Assembly (NCBI GenBank): GCA_030141605.1 | Contig: JAQGDQ010000218.1 | Span: forward strand, 124,001 to 188,000 | DNA length: 64,000 nt | Direction: 5' to 3' | Source of the DNA: Tubiluchus corallicola | Taxonomy: Eukaryota > Animalia > Priapulida | Shown: piece after piece, positions 1 to 14,040 of the stretch | How the letters are laid out: the number at the start of each line of letters is the position of its first letter | Position numbering within the stretch: the first letter of the stretch is position 1 | Translations under genes and position numbers: made by a program | The notes under the pieces: generated by a model | The model's input: the letters and a program-made list of their open reading frames with translations, nothing else | Databases searched by the model: none | What the model was told of the DNA's origin: nothing

Positions 1-111
1 TTTATTTTCTTACTTATCTAGTTAATTGTTTATTTGTTTTTTTAATACAGACCACCCCATATAATGTCAGTGACCACTGAGGAACTACCATAGATATTAA
101 TATGGTAACAT

Positions 112-1624
112 CGGTTTACGGATACTAAGGCATTACACGTTTGAGTCCCAGACATTTGGTCCCTGGATATTTAGGTACTGAGATATTTTTGCCCCAGATT
201 ATTTGGGCCGCAGACATTAGTGCTCCAAATTATTTGGGCCACCGGAACTTTGGAGCCCATTTGGATCCGTGATTTTTGAGTCGCAGCACCCATACATTTG
301 TACGGCTAGCCCTAGACAAGTAGGTAGGTAGGTAGGTAGGTAGGTAGGTAGGTAGGTAGGTAGGTAGGTAGGCAGATAGGTAGGTAGGTAGATAGATAGA
401 TAGTGCTAGTGTGAACATTTTCTGTAGCATTTGTACTGATTAAAAGAAAGGACACGTCATTTACCATGTTTGGTTTATTTTACTGCTATCATTTATGCTT
501 AAGAAACATATAACAAAGAAATTTGCAAAGAACTGTCTTTTGCAAAAACATAAAGTTAATTTATACTACCGCTGTACAAAAATTTGCCGCCATTCACTTG
601 AAGATTATGTCGTAAACTGGTGACTTCATGACTTTTCGTGAGCACATCATAATCTTTAGTAAGCACGCGCTGGTTAAAATAATTCAAACTTCTGCAACTT
701 AGCTAGTATTCATGCATTCTATTAGCTGTCTAATTTTTTGTAAAAACTTCTTATGCCTTTGACACAGATTGATAGTCCGCTGCTTTTCTTTAGCCGACGA
801 TTGACGTCATCGGTGAAAAAATGAGCCAACAAAATGGGAACGCCCAAGCGTGAAATGATTTTACTAATGTGATTTTACTAATTACACAAGGCGTTTATCA
901 CACTTTTATTACTAAGTCTTACTAGCATTTTCCGCGAATATTAAAACAAGCCTAACTTACCAGAGGGCTTAGCCTTTCCTTTAAAATAGTCTCTGCCCTA
1001 GTGTCTCTGCCCAAGTGCATTATTAGCCAAATTTTCAGTTTGGAGGGTGACTTTCACTAGGTAATTCAAGGTCAAACGTCTGTAAACGGTTGCAATGGTC
1101 CTTATACCAATTGTATACCCTGCAAGTTTCTTGACTCGAGCTTGCACACTCTGGAGCTTATTAAGCTGGTCTGACTTTCGAACAATTGAGGCCTTACTAG
1201 TCATGGGACCACCCCGTTCGACAAAACAACTAAATTCTATCACAACACCAATTACCCGTGCACAGTCTTACATAAAAACAAAAAAAGTTGAACACTTCGA
1301 TAAAAAATTCTACGATGGAAATTATTACCTTCTACACTTCATGGTGATTTTGATCAATTTCATGCACCATTACAACACATGCGTTAGGCACATCCTGCAG
1401 TTGAAGCCAAAAGCACACATGGTTTTGCTTTATCACGATATAAATTTGGTGGCTGTACGCCGTTGATTCAAATATTGCACACAATCCCGAATCGATACAT
1501 TCAAACTTGAACTTTCACCTAAAGTCAATAATAAAAAATGTCTGGGGCCCAAAATTCAAGACCAAAATCTAAGACCCAAATACTGGATAATTGGCTCCAA
1601 AATGCTCCAAGTGTCCTAGAATCG
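112..1624. mobile_element. Non-autonomous foldback/MITE-like element with subterminal degenerate ~15-bp repeats
   Basis: Left arm cggtttacggatact followed by gacatttggtccc/gatatttagg-type repeats (135-305). Right arm has the reverse-complement repeats (1535-1610) ending ccaagtgtcctagaatcg. Confidence 0.55.
319..402. repeat. (GTAG)n/(GATA)n microsatellite
   Basis: Direct reading. Confidence 0.95.
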
Positions 1625-3889
1625 TAATATCAATGTTTATGGAACTATAGTTAGAAAATATGAATAACGGCTACATTAATTCCTGGAAACTAAGATTCTT
1701 GTTAGAATTGTCTGTTATACAAAGGGACAAAAAATAACTTGTTCATATTCTTCTTGTTGCAAGGGAGCTTGTTATTAGTGTGGAAGCAATAATTCTGGTA
1801 AACAATTCCTCGGATAAGAACACTGAAGGAAAAACGAGATATTCCATTAATTCCTGAGACAATTTCCATTAAGTAGTTACAAAAGACGCTTAATGTAGTA
1901 ACAAATCTTCCAGCAGCAAAATGTTACACTCAGTTTGCACTATTTCAAAGTTCTAAGACACTTAAGCCTGAATAAACTGACAATGCAGTATTGCAATTTA
2001 TCAAATGAATAAACCCAGGTGTAGCTGCAGTATAGGCCACCCAACGTCCAATTAAAAAATATGTCTAGCGTCAGAATTTTGGTTATTTCGAACACACACA
2101 TAGTCATCTCACTTTTTTACACATTACACAACCAAGTCCTTATGTTTTTTGTTCTGCGGATTACATCTTCCTGCATAACCCTTTGAAATTATCAATCAAT
2201 TTCCTTTTACCTGCTTCATCCGTCTAAGGAACATGAACATAAGTCAAATCATGGCAAATGAATGGAAGACTGGTCAGAAAGAGGAAGTACAATTTTACTA
2301 TAGGCAATCAATTTTCTGGTAGTTTTGTTATTAAATGCAGTCATAGAGGATAGAATTATAATATTACACACAAGGACGTGTATTTAGTCATAATTTTACT
2401 CATAGTTTGGTTACTAATCGTGCTGCACCACAGAGAAACTAGATTGCCGTTTGCAGGACTCCCGTATCTGCCAATTCTGTATAGACCAATGAGTTTCAGG
2501 CTTTCATAAAAATAACAAAGTAGTGTAGAGTGTCCGACTTAACCCATTTTAACAATATATAGTAAATTCGCAAGGTTCAGTGAGTCTAATAACTGAATAT
2601 CAACAACCAGATTCCAACGACTTCTTCCATTAAATCTAATTACCCCTAAAGTCAACATTATTTAATTCCGTCTGTATTTATCCGATTTACACAGTTAATT
2701 GAATCCAAGAATGTTTCCAATATTTCATTAAATTTTCTGCGGTGTGTTTTTGTTCATTTTCCGAGCGAATTAAATGAGTGAGGCGTGCAATTAGAATTGC
2801 TGAGTTGTTCTGGTAAGTTTTACTTCGATAAGTTATATAGCCAGATAAAGAATGGAAAAATAATAGCATTCATAACGCGCACTTTTGTGCACTGATTGCT
2901 CTATCATCCTATGATTCCTATCGTTATAAACCTCGCATATGAAACATTCGTTTTGCTATTTCGTTTAAGACGTTAATTTCACTACCCTATTTAATATTAA
3001 AATAATGGCTATTCTTTTTCCGCTGTTTTTGGAATTGGCTGTTAATCCCTTTTAGTGTAGCGTACGAATAGCCTACAAGTTACAACTAAAACCTTAAAGT
3101 TTCCAGCCTTGCTATTTAGCTTTAGTTTGTATTTAATCGAACTGTTGCACAGCGGCTGGGTATTGTGATTTAAATGTAACTGATCGAATAAAGTTTAATG
3201 ATATGCGCTTAATATAATAAAATGTGTACAAACAAAATAGAAATTATAAGATTTTGTCTTTTTTACACACCTAAATTAATAATCTTTGTTTTTTTCTTTC
3301 TCACGTTTAGGAATTGAGATTTCATTTTTACTGAGTACAATTATTTCAAAATATTCCATATAGACTTTAGTTAACAACTGGTGCTTTTAACCTACGGGTT
3401 TTACTGAAATTCCGGTGTGGGGGGGGGGAGGTATAAAATATATACTGCATTATTATCATGTATATCTTAGTGTATGGCATTAACTGTACTTTTTGCCATT
3501 TTATGGACTTAGTGACGTTTTAGAACCCATCGTCTGATTTAGTCTCAAAAAATACTACCTAACGCAACGGTGCTTTTGTTAATTAATGAGCAGCAGTAAG
3601 CCATAATTATTTTGTCATTATTATATTAATTATATAAACATGCAAATAAATCATTAATTTTGTTAGTGAAACTGTTACCATGGTTACTGTCCAAAGTTTT
3701 ACGAAAAAATTTTCTCTAATATCATACAGGACATGCAGACCTATTTAAAGATCGCGAAGAATAATTATGATATCTGGCATATTTATATATATCATGAAAC
3801 CTTTTGTTATTGGTTAAAATTATAATAAATATTGCATTTAAGCATTGGTCGTGTGATTTGTTGAACTCACGATTGTGGATTAGAAATGA

Positions 3890-4690
3890 CATCAACGCCA
3901 CAATCTTCAATATAAGATGGCAAATCGAAAATCCGATTTTGTCAATCGCCATAGAATTCGCTCCAGTATATTCCTATAGAGTTTCATGACAATCCATTGC
4001 GAATTGGTGATGCCTTGTTTTCGAAAATTTAATTCACTTTAGTTTATTTCTAAAATGCCATATAATTATGTTAATTGTTACATACATTACAATGTATACT
4101 ATTACTGCAGTGAGCGAACCGCTTACAAACGTAGGCTATTACTGCAACAAAAAACAATTAAACTTTAACAAAAATTCAGATATCGGCCAAAATACATCAA
4201 CAAAGAATTCAAGATGACAGATCAAAAATTTGATTCAGTCGGTCGGTTCTGAATTTGCTCTACTATACTTCTCTGAAGTTTCTCGGCGATCCATTTCGAA
4301 TTAGCAGAGCATTTGGCTTTTTTCTAAAATAATGTTATTGCCGCCATTTTGAATTCAAAATAACGAATCAAAAATCTAACTCGTCAATCAATGCGGAATT
4401 CACTGTAGTATATTTATTTAAAGTTTTATGACAATCAGTTGTGAAATGGCGGAACCTTAGGCATTTTTCCGAAATAATTTTACGCCACCATCTTGAGTTC
4501 AGATTGGCAGTTCGAAAATCCGACTCATTCAGTCGATGTGGAATTCTTTCGAGTATGTTCGTTTGAAGTTTCGGACCGATCCGTTACACATCTGATTCAC
4601 GGAGCCTTAGGCTTTTTTCAAAAAAAAATCATCCCCACAAGAACAAGAGCAATACCCACATGAGTAGCAGCTTGGGTTGGGCCTCGAACA
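3890..4690 (+). mobile_element. Helentron-like non-autonomous element with internal ~145-bp tandem array
   Basis: Units sharing cgccatcttgaattcaagatggc...aaaatc...gaagttt...gatcc at about 3907, 4206, 4352 and 4495. 3' end has a short stem-loop (taccca...ttgggt). Class assignment is inference. Confidence 0.45.
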
Positions 4691-5724
4691 AAAATTGACA
4701 AAGTGAATCAGCCAGTTCTGTATAATAAAACGCTATTTAACACCTTGTTGTTGACTATAAAATCTGTATGTTATAATTATTGTTTGCCTGACCAGGCAAG
4801 CGGGGGGTGCAATAATATGGCGCCAGTTTCATGTTTGCAAATCAAATACACATTCAGTCTGAGATAAGGGTTCAAATGTAACAAGCATCTATTTTTAATA
4901 ATAACATTAAGTACGTGCTATGTTTGTTTTAATTTTTGTATTACATCCATTTACATAAGTTAATTTGTTAACTTTGCTCTATAAATATTGCTGTAATCCT
5001 GTATTGCTCAAGTAATTAACTTAATCAGGCTTGATACGTTGAAGAGCTTAATTTCATTTTTAACTGGCTTAGATTTTTAATCTCATATATCTTTTAATTT
5101 AAATATTGTGTTGTGTTTAAGTAATTGCTGGTCTAGACTAGTGGTGAATTTTATTTTGTGCTTTGCATTGCAATAGTGCGGATACATATAAGTTACGTGA
5201 GTAGCAAAGTTCTACACATGTGCCAAAGTAATTATTATAAGTTTAATGAGACTTCATATACCACAGCTTGAACGGGATTTCTAGCGCGATTTCTATCACT
5301 AAGCCCAGGTGTAAAAAATCTCTACATCCATTAAAACACTTACATTAAAATATAGAATATAGAAATATACATCAAAATTTCTGATTGAGTTTTCATCTTA
5401 CTAAACTCAAGGAAAATCATTAACGACTCAAAGCCGAGATCTAACAAAACCTTTTACATAAGTAATCGTAAAATAATGTAACAGTATCCAGACACGAGTC
5501 AGCAGTGCGTGATTTAGACATAATCTAATTAAGTTGTAACCTCCCGTAACTTGTTCGGGTTGTTGGTAGTTGAGTGGTGGTTACTGTAATTTGACCTTGA
5601 CTTCAGTTCTGCAATTCGCTTCATTTTTCCCTTTTCTTCTTTTACCTTTTCCTCCATTCCTCTTTTTCTCGTTTTCTCTTTTTGTTTTTTCTTCGTCCTA
5701 GCTAGTTTCGAATTGAAGGCATTT

Positions 5725-6378
5725 GTCTCTAGTGGGGGCAATGATCAACGATAATCGACGTTACTTATACTATTCAGTTTGTCTAATTGAGACTTTTGAT
5801 TTGGTGGCCACTATTCTTCAAGACAGAAAAAAAATCCATGCCGCCACCATCCTATACGCAAAAAGTTGGGCCTATCTAATCACATGGGAAAAATTGTGAC
5901 TCTAACTCATAAATTGTAGGAGGATATAGAGCCCAACGAAAACTGATATATGTCTATTGACCTTGACCTTTTCAAGAAATTGTATGTTATAATTATTCTT
6001 GACATAATTGACATAACCCCGTTTTCTGGCTTATCTCCTATCTCGAGCCTTTTTAAGAATCCCAGCTATTAAAAGTTCAGGAGCATATGAAACTTGTGAA
6101 AAAAATTAAAAAATCTGAAAAACGTAGGAGGAGACGTTAACTAGCCTCCGATTGCCTTAATTTTCACACTTTGCCTCCTATCTTGGGCCCTTAAGGAGTC
6201 TCGGCTTTTTAAAGCCATAGGTGCACATATGTACCCTACAGTACCTAAATACTTGGGAAAATTTCCAAAAAAAACTTAAGCTCTAGGAGAAGATGCAAAT
6301 TAACCGAAAACAGTATGATGTCCTCTACCCCCGCCCTTGACTAGAGATCACAGATTACAGCTCTGGTTGGAAGGCTAA
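5725..6378 (+). mobile_element. Probable Helentron-like/DNA-transposon remnant
   Basis: Repeated gtaggagga motif (about 5916, 6124, 6284), tgaccttgaccttt at 5958, 3' end agatcacag...ggctaa. Confidence 0.3.
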
Positions 6379-7924
6379 GGAGTTATTAAGCGAAATGTGT
6401 TTGAGGAGAACAAATAACAAAAATTGTACGAGAATAAAAAAGATTTAGCTATTGTAAAATCGTAACTAGATAACAGTCCGTAATTAAAACAATATCCAAA
6501 TAAGCAATCATGAAAGAAGTAAAAATCGTAGGCGGAGAATGAGGAATCTCGACTAAAACACAATAGCTGCTTAACAACAGCAGCTGACGTGGCCTAAAAA
6601 TACTTTTACGAAAAATTATTTTTTATGTGGACAAAAGTTTTCGACGTACATTCAAGATGCCGTATACCATGGGGGTTTGATAGCAGTTGTAAAGCAAAAT
6701 AGCAGTCAACCTTTAACTTACGAAATGTTTGAAATCCATAATTAAGTTTTTGCAACCCTCTCATACAGTTACTGCATTCTTATTTATTTTTGTTCTTGCT
6801 TATTCGTTAGCCTTGCAGGCTAGAATCATGAAACTCACAGGATAGACACATGAGATAAGTGCGCAGAGAATGACAAAGTAATGTAACCCCTGTCAAAGTC
6901 AAAAGTACTAGGACGAAAATTGTTTGATACAACATATAAACAGTTCGTCTTAGCTGCATTAAAGATCATATTATTAATGATTCATAATTTTCACAACAGT
7001 TTTATAGCCATTGCATAGCCGGTATTGAAGGAACTGTTAAGCACAAATCGTCTGTGTACAATAACAGATGATTAATATTGGTATCACCCAAGCATGTAGT
7101 ATTAGTATATTAAAGCTCAGTTAATAAATCATCGAACATTTTGATTCGAGAATAGAGAATAAAAACGAATAGTTACCTGTCTCACCCTATTGAAAACAGT
7201 AAAAGATTAATCGGACCATGAATTACACCCCCTACCGTACACTATTGAGTTGCGCGGCATACCATAATTTTGGCAATAAGTAAGGGAAGCTACATGGTAG
7301 TAATTTTTCGAAAAGAATTCTATGATTTTTCGGTTCGAGTTATTTGCTAGGGTCAACAAAGCACACGAATACGGGCGATTCTGCTTCTTGTTTTTCTGCA
7401 AAATTTCTTTAAAAACAATATATATGCACATTTCTGTTTGTTTAATGATGCTATTATATAAGTACCACGGTTCAGTGTCAATAACTAATTTGCGAAAATG
7501 CTGATTTGGGAAACCTTGAAATTTGAAAATGGTGCATTCAAGACCACGCAACATGACTTCCAGCTTATTTTCGTCTTTCCACCAGTCAATTAATGAAAGG
7601 GGATTGGAAAGCAATCACCCTAAAAGTGACACTCTTTATCCTAGTTTGCAGCTGCGGGGTGCTCAATGTTCTAGCTTAATCGCATTGCGAAGCCTCGTCC
7701 ATAATTTTCCTATAAATCGAGATAAATTAGCCATTGATTTATGGTTATAATTATAAAGTTAATTGCCTGCAATTAAAGTAATTACAGCCAACTTAATTTG
7801 TTTAATGGATAGGGAAAAGGAAGGCTTGCCTATCTTGCTGCGTATATAGGAAGGGGGTAAAGGGCGCGTTTTACAAGAGCATTTAAGATAGGGTATGGTC
7901 CGTATGGATGAAAGAGTGGTTTAA

Positions 7925-8320
7925 CAGCGTTTGCAGCGAAACGTTGACGCACATATTATGAAATAGTCGCGTGTGCAGTAAAAGTTGACACATGTAGATG
8001 CAAACCACTACATTTTTGGACGGAGTAAATATGCACTGTGGATGCAGAAAGTAAAGTAAATTTTTGCGAGTGTAAGGAAAGTACGCATATTATTGTTTTG
8101 ATGACTCAAACAAGATGCATAGTTGCGTAGTTTTGTCGTTGTTTTGATATTCGGCGCAGAGAAACAGAAGTGCACACATTGTTGTTTTAGTATAGGTGCA
8201 GTTGAACCGAAGTGCACGTATTGTTTGGATATGAGTGCAGTAAGTGTTAACTATTTGTTGCTTTGATGCAGGGAAGGGCCAAGTGCTAATTCTAGTGATG
8301 TGAGTGGACGAAAGGTTTGA
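7925..8320. repeat. Degenerate ~40-bp minisatellite
   Basis: Recurring gcag....aagtgcac..attgtt units, e.g. at 8156 and 8197. Confidence 0.5.
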
Positions 8321-9390
8321 TGTTGCATGGATAGAAAACGATGCACTGGCCGTGCAAGTTACAAAGGGAGTGAATTAGCACAATTTTTATAAGCCCAAAA
8401 AGCTGCTGCAAAGTAGATATTCAGTTGTTTGGGCATATACTGTTGTGAAACTGCACATCAAGACTGTTGCAACTGCCTGGCTAATGTAATCCTTGTATAA
8501 TTCACTAACATTGACATTCTAGTATCAATCCCACTAAGTGGTCAATGAATTGTTTCGAAATTGGACAGCCGGTTAAAGTGGGTCGTCACAGCATGGCTTC
8601 ATGGTACATACTCATTCCCGGAATGAGCATGCTTCACAAATTTTCAATCCCAGAAATGAATCTCGATATAGGACAAAATATAGTTTTCCCGTGGAGAAAA
8701 CACTTTCAATCCAAGTCATGAATTAGTTACTACTATTGGTAATAACCATCTTGTTTCTTAAATAATTGAAAGCTTTTAAGCAGTCCGAGATCGTCTTGTC
8801 CATTAACAGGGTTATTAGCTGGTTTAACCATGCTTAGAGTCATATTGCATAGGGAATATTTTGATCATACAAATGCAAAATAAGACTTTTCGGGTGCATT
8901 AGGCTGATAACTCTAAAACGATTAAATAACTTATAAGGTGTTTACTTGCAGTTAAGAAGCTCACTAACCGGTTCAGAAATTCAAATTGTTAGTTGATTCC
9001 ACACTAATGGCATGAGTAAATTACCATTTATAATTTATCATTTAAATATTTATAATGGTTATATAAATGATGTTCGTCCATTATCTAGTCTTCTGCCAAA
9101 TCTAGTTGGCTTGATTTCAGAGCTTTATTACGGATATAATCCAAAGTGCTTAGACAGATTTGCGGCCATACAAGCATGCACAAAATTATACATGAGCAGG
9201 CTGACAGATGATGGGATTATTTTGGGAAGAAATGATAATATTTCATACATGCTATTGGCAAGGAACCAAGAGGAATGCCTATAGTTAATACAGTGAAGAA
9301 CGGAACAATGCGAACAATGCAGTAACCTTCAACTTGAGCAATTCAAACTAAATGGCAAATTCCAAAAAATACTATCGCCAGACAAAGAAA

Positions 9391-11762
9391 TACGAGGCCC
9401 CGAAAGGCCATAAATCGTGGCCACGAATAAGAAGATCGCACGGGTTGTCAGTTTTATGAAATGTTAAAAGAAAACTGCACCCAATCTTAAACTGTAGTTC
9501 AAAGCAATTTACTCTTTAAAATATTGAAAGGAAAAAACAATTTTTTTCAAAAATTACTAGGTAAAAGAATTATTATCACAGAAATGCACCGCTAATTCTT
9601 CGCTGTTACATGCATTTCGCCAATTTTCAGTTAGACGTTCGGAAACGCGTTTCACAAAATACGGGTGCTGTTCGTGGTATCTTCGACAGCGTAAAACGCA
9701 GTGATAAATTTGAAATTTGAATTTTTCTTTAAAACTAGCTGAGTTTTAGTGCAACACAAAGAATCTCTTCCAGTAGTGCTGTTCTTCAATTTTTGCTTTT
9801 GCAAACACGCTCACGTAATATTTTTGCTGTTGAAAATTATGTTCTTTTTTGATGTCATCAATAGTTGGGCCGTTAATTAAGATTTTACTCTATTATTTAA
9901 TTATAAGAAACGCTTTTGCATTATTATTGGTATTAAAATGTATATTTTTACCGTACTTAAAAATGGGATAACATATGAAAAATCATCCCGTCTTAAATAC
10001 GTCAAGAAATGTAAGTAATCACAATGCTTCTTAGCGGTAATGTAGTCTGACGTTCTGCCTTACATCTACATCTAATTTTAGGTCATGAAGCTTCAAAATT
10101 CGATATGCATACCTGTTGGAACCTAAGGCCTCTGATTACGTATAATTGTTCATGTCTGTCATGTAGCACCTAAGGCCCAATCTTTACTTTTGCATCCAAT
10201 GCGCGGACCTGAGGCCCCACACACTTGATGCATATATCTGTTGAGTCCCATAGGGACCCCGAATATTTTTAACAGACAAAACGAATGTGGATCGCTGAAT
10301 ACCAAATGCGGTAACGCGACACGATTCTTGTCGTCATCAAAGTTGCACGATTAGGTGTGGTCTCACTCTTCAAGCAAAGTCTCACGCTTTTTATTCTGAT
10401 CGCAAGAATGGTCAGCTGGGAGAACATACCACACTGTGGTCCCAATACGTTGCTTTTGGAAAGAAACGCTAAATATTGAGACTAACATAATTATACGACT
10501 AGCATTTATTCAGACAATCACAATAACACACAAGCAGTAAGATGATAATGAATAAATAAGCATTAAAGTATTAGTAAATATCATAAACTTATAAGCAAAA
10601 GCCGCATGATGCCGCATATGTCGCAGAAGTAATCAAACTACCAAAATTGTAGATTACAAACATATCAATGCAAATACTAGCTAACAAAGATCAAATGACA
10701 AATAGATAGGACCAGTGGTGGCTGACGTGCCAAGCGTGACAACGAACCTCAAAAACACATTAAACACAAAACTTGCGACTCAGTTAGTACAACTACAAAT
10801 TCAATAAACAATCAACGAGCAAGAGTCATACGATACTAGCAAGACCGACAACAAACTAGCAGTAAAGCCTGAAATCTAGACTTGCAAATTACGGCTATAA
10901 ACTACACGACTCACTAATTAAAATCATATAGAAGCAATTACTAGACTACTGGCAGAGATACGCGAAAATGATGACGCTAACGATAATCACTCTAAAGGCC
11001 CCTGACCCGCCACGATACAAGAATGCTTTTAACATAGTTTGTCTAAAATAGCAGGTATCAAAAAGATGACAAGAGAGAGATATAATAATTCTCACATGGT
11101 TTTAGAACATGGATCATTGTTTGCCTATTATTTGTTTACCGAACTCTGTTCTCCTTGAAGTCTCAAATCCCATTTCCCATTCTGTGAGACCTAGTCCAAC
11201 TCTAGTCCAGTAGGTGCTTTACTTGGAAGCGTGCAAATACTTTCTCGTTACACCTCCCATGAGTGGTCAACAAACTTTGACTTCTTTCATGAGACGTATG
11301 CTGTTTTAGTTTCTTCAACTATGAAACTATATTTCTTCAACGATAAAGCCCGAATAAATTCTGTTCATTAATTTTAATTTAACAACATAATTATTTTTTA
11401 TTCTAAATTACATCTTAATTTTACATCTTTTTCGGCTCAACCTTCTAACTCGTGACTTCCATATCTACGACTTTCTATTACAATCGGGTGTGAAATGTGG
11501 TTGACCAAGATTGGGTATCACCAAGTTACTCTGTTCTAAACTTAATTTTTGCTGTTAAAACCTATTAGATAATTTGCTATTATTTACTCTGAACATTTAC
11601 TGTTTGTTGAGCGGTATTTCTCTGTTTCAGCAGCTTTATTATGAGTTTCCTGCGCACAGCGTAATATGTCGAGGCCACGAATTAGTATATCGTGCGCACA
11701 GATTAATAATTCGTGGCCATGAATTAGAAATTTCTCTCATCGTGGCCCTTCAATGGCTCCAT
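9391..11762. mobile_element. Non-autonomous DNA transposon with tcgtggccacgaatta subterminal repeats
   Basis: Left tacgaggccccgaaaggccat versus reverse complement of right end tatggagccattgaagggccac. tcgtggccacgaa repeats at 9416 and 11669-11725. Related left-end fragment at 39243-39345. Confidence 0.45.
10329..11019. mobile_element. Solo-LTR-like interspersed repeat, copy 1
   Basis: TG...CA ends (tgtcgt...acgataca), AATAAA on - strand, colinear similarity to 42620-43220. Confidence 0.5.
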
Positions 11763-12846
11763 AAGCTAAATATTTTTCTTACTATGCACTTTGCTACATG
11801 TTGTTCCTGTTCCATCTAAAACTTTACTCTGATATAATTATTAGCACAACTGCCTGATTATAAAATCCGGGTTTGATTTCTAAAGATAAAAAGAAATTTT
11901 TCTGACTTTCTAATGTATTTTCGCTGATATGCAACTAAGATTAGACAAACAGTGATTTAAATTTCAAATTAATATATTAATAATTGTTATGCACCCAATT
12001 AAATAGTTATTGTTTGTTTTAGTTCTTATTCTATAGTTAACTCAAACATAAATGTATTTGTCTTTAAACTCAAGCACAAAAAACGATATCTGTATATCGA
12101 ATTTCAAGTTTTCTTTCTTCGTCTGTCAGACACATTAAGCACAAATCATTTGCGTTCATTACGAAAATACCTGATATTGCCTACCCTATTCACGTACAGA
12201 CGTACAACGTTGTTTAGAAGATAGTAATTTTAATTTAGAACAAAATCTGAATTGCATCTAATCAGAAACAAAAACAACAACGAGCAGATGAGCTTTACAC
12301 TTCTGTCTCGTGAACCACAAAATTCTACTATTTACTTAGTGAGTGTTTGATACCATGTATATGCCTGCGCAGAAGTTAAATGCATAGCATACTGGATAGG
12401 GCAGCAAGTCTGTCGATTATAGTCCAATCAGTGCAGAGATTTCCTTGCAGCACTTAGTCGACTTCAATAACACTGTGAAAAAATTATTGTTCTCGCACCA
12501 TTCAGGAACCAACCCCTTTTCTTTTTAGTTTCTAAGGAGTGCTTACTGTTCATTGTACATTTTTGAGGCCTCTCTAGACGATCAAATGCAACTAATATGG
12601 CACATTAATGATCCATATGCACTGCAGACTTGATAATTTACGAGTGCTTCTCGTTCTGTTGTCACTGCCAGAGTTATTCGCCGCCATCTTCAAATTGTTC
12701 TGACAGTCATATAAAAAATCGGATATTAGATATAGTTTCCTTGAAATTTCTAGTATTGTTCTTTTTTGGTATTTTTATATTGCCCTACAGCCTCCTAAAA
12801 AAGAAATTGTAGAAGAAAACGAAAATAATAAAAGAAAAAAGAGAAC

Positions 12847-12945
12847 ATGATGATGATAATGATGATGATGAGGATTATGATGATATAATGATGATGATGA
12901 TGATGATGATATTGATGGTGATAATGATGAAGACAACGAAGATGG
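12847..12945. repeat. (GAT)n microsatellite
   Basis: Direct reading. Confidence 0.9.
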
Positions 12946-13856
12946 TAAGCAGCGCATAGTAGATTCATGGCACTTTTCCACGCCTTTTCCGGTGCCGTGC
13001 CATTCCACTAACTTGCCTGCTAACCAGCAGAGATCTCTTTCCATATTAAGTTACCAGCAGTATGTGCCACTGAAGTAAAAGTTCATATTATAATTTGTCT
13101 CTATTTCAGTATGCTTTTTTATCTGTGACATGAGAATGGAGGGATAAAGTGGATTGTAATTCATGTGGCCTCCTGGCCAGTATTTCTTGTGAACACCGCA
13201 ACACTTACATTTTATGATTTACTTCTCCAGCGTAATAAAACAGCAAATGACAGAGTACGAGTGAACTTAAAGCCATAAAATTGCTGACGCAAAGACGTTA
13301 ATGTCTCACAAGGTCGCTCAATCAGGGCAATACTTTCTGAAGAAAATGTCAAGAAGTTGGATAGAAATGGACAGTTAATGGAAAAACGTAATCATAAATG
13401 TAGAACACCCAGGCGTCAAAATATAACTATATAATAAGAAATGAAGGAAACCTGGCCCAGTACACAGTAACGTGCATTTGATTTTGGTTTTACCCATCTT
13501 AACCAGCTTGTTTTAATTTTATCGATTCTCGACTAGCAGTCACTTACTTACTTAGCTATCTGATCTATCGGTTGACTGGTCCTGTTACAAGTTCTCTTTC
13601 TTATTTGTGGCCACACATTGAAATTTGAAAGTTTCATTTCAGTAAAACATCGTTTGCATCTCAGTAAACAGAGATTATTATTAATGATTTCTCGCTAACA
13701 ATGTTTTTCCTACCCAGCTTGACAGCTCTAAATTTAACTCTTTCACCAATCCTTAAACTAAGTACTGTGAGAGCTTTATATTAACGTAAAGTAATAACTT
13801 GAAGAAATGAATGTGGACTATGAATTAGTGTGTAATTCATGAAGCCCACAATTGGT

Positions 13857-13885
13857 AATGATGGTGGCGTTGGTGAAGATGATGG

Positions 13886-13929
<44 letters not shown>

Positions 13930-14040
13930 GTAATGATGATGATGATGATGGTGACGATGATGGTGACGACGACGGCGACGACGACGACGATGATGATGAT
14001 GATGAGATGATGATGACGATTATGGTGATGATGAATAATG
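13857..14040. repeat. (GAT/GAC)n microsatellite
   Basis: Direct reading; source of the poly-D and poly-S ORFs. Confidence 0.92.

Noticed and set aside
51-93. Possible terminal exon of an upstream gene (PPHIMSVTTEELP-stop after tttaatacag)
   Set aside because: Too short and without upstream context to support.
230-430. YLPT-repeat ORF
   Set aside because: Reverse reading of (GTAG)n.
998-1466. Overlapping 81-aa and 123-aa ORFs
   Set aside because: No recognisable domain; inside a repeat element; could be decayed transposon sequence but unassignable.
7207-9284. Several 60-135 aa ORFs
   Set aside because: No motifs, no consistent splice-phase chain, composition typical of AT-rich non-coding DNA.
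12775-13044. Ser/His-rich ORF
   Set aside because: Reverse reading of a (GAT)n microsatellite.
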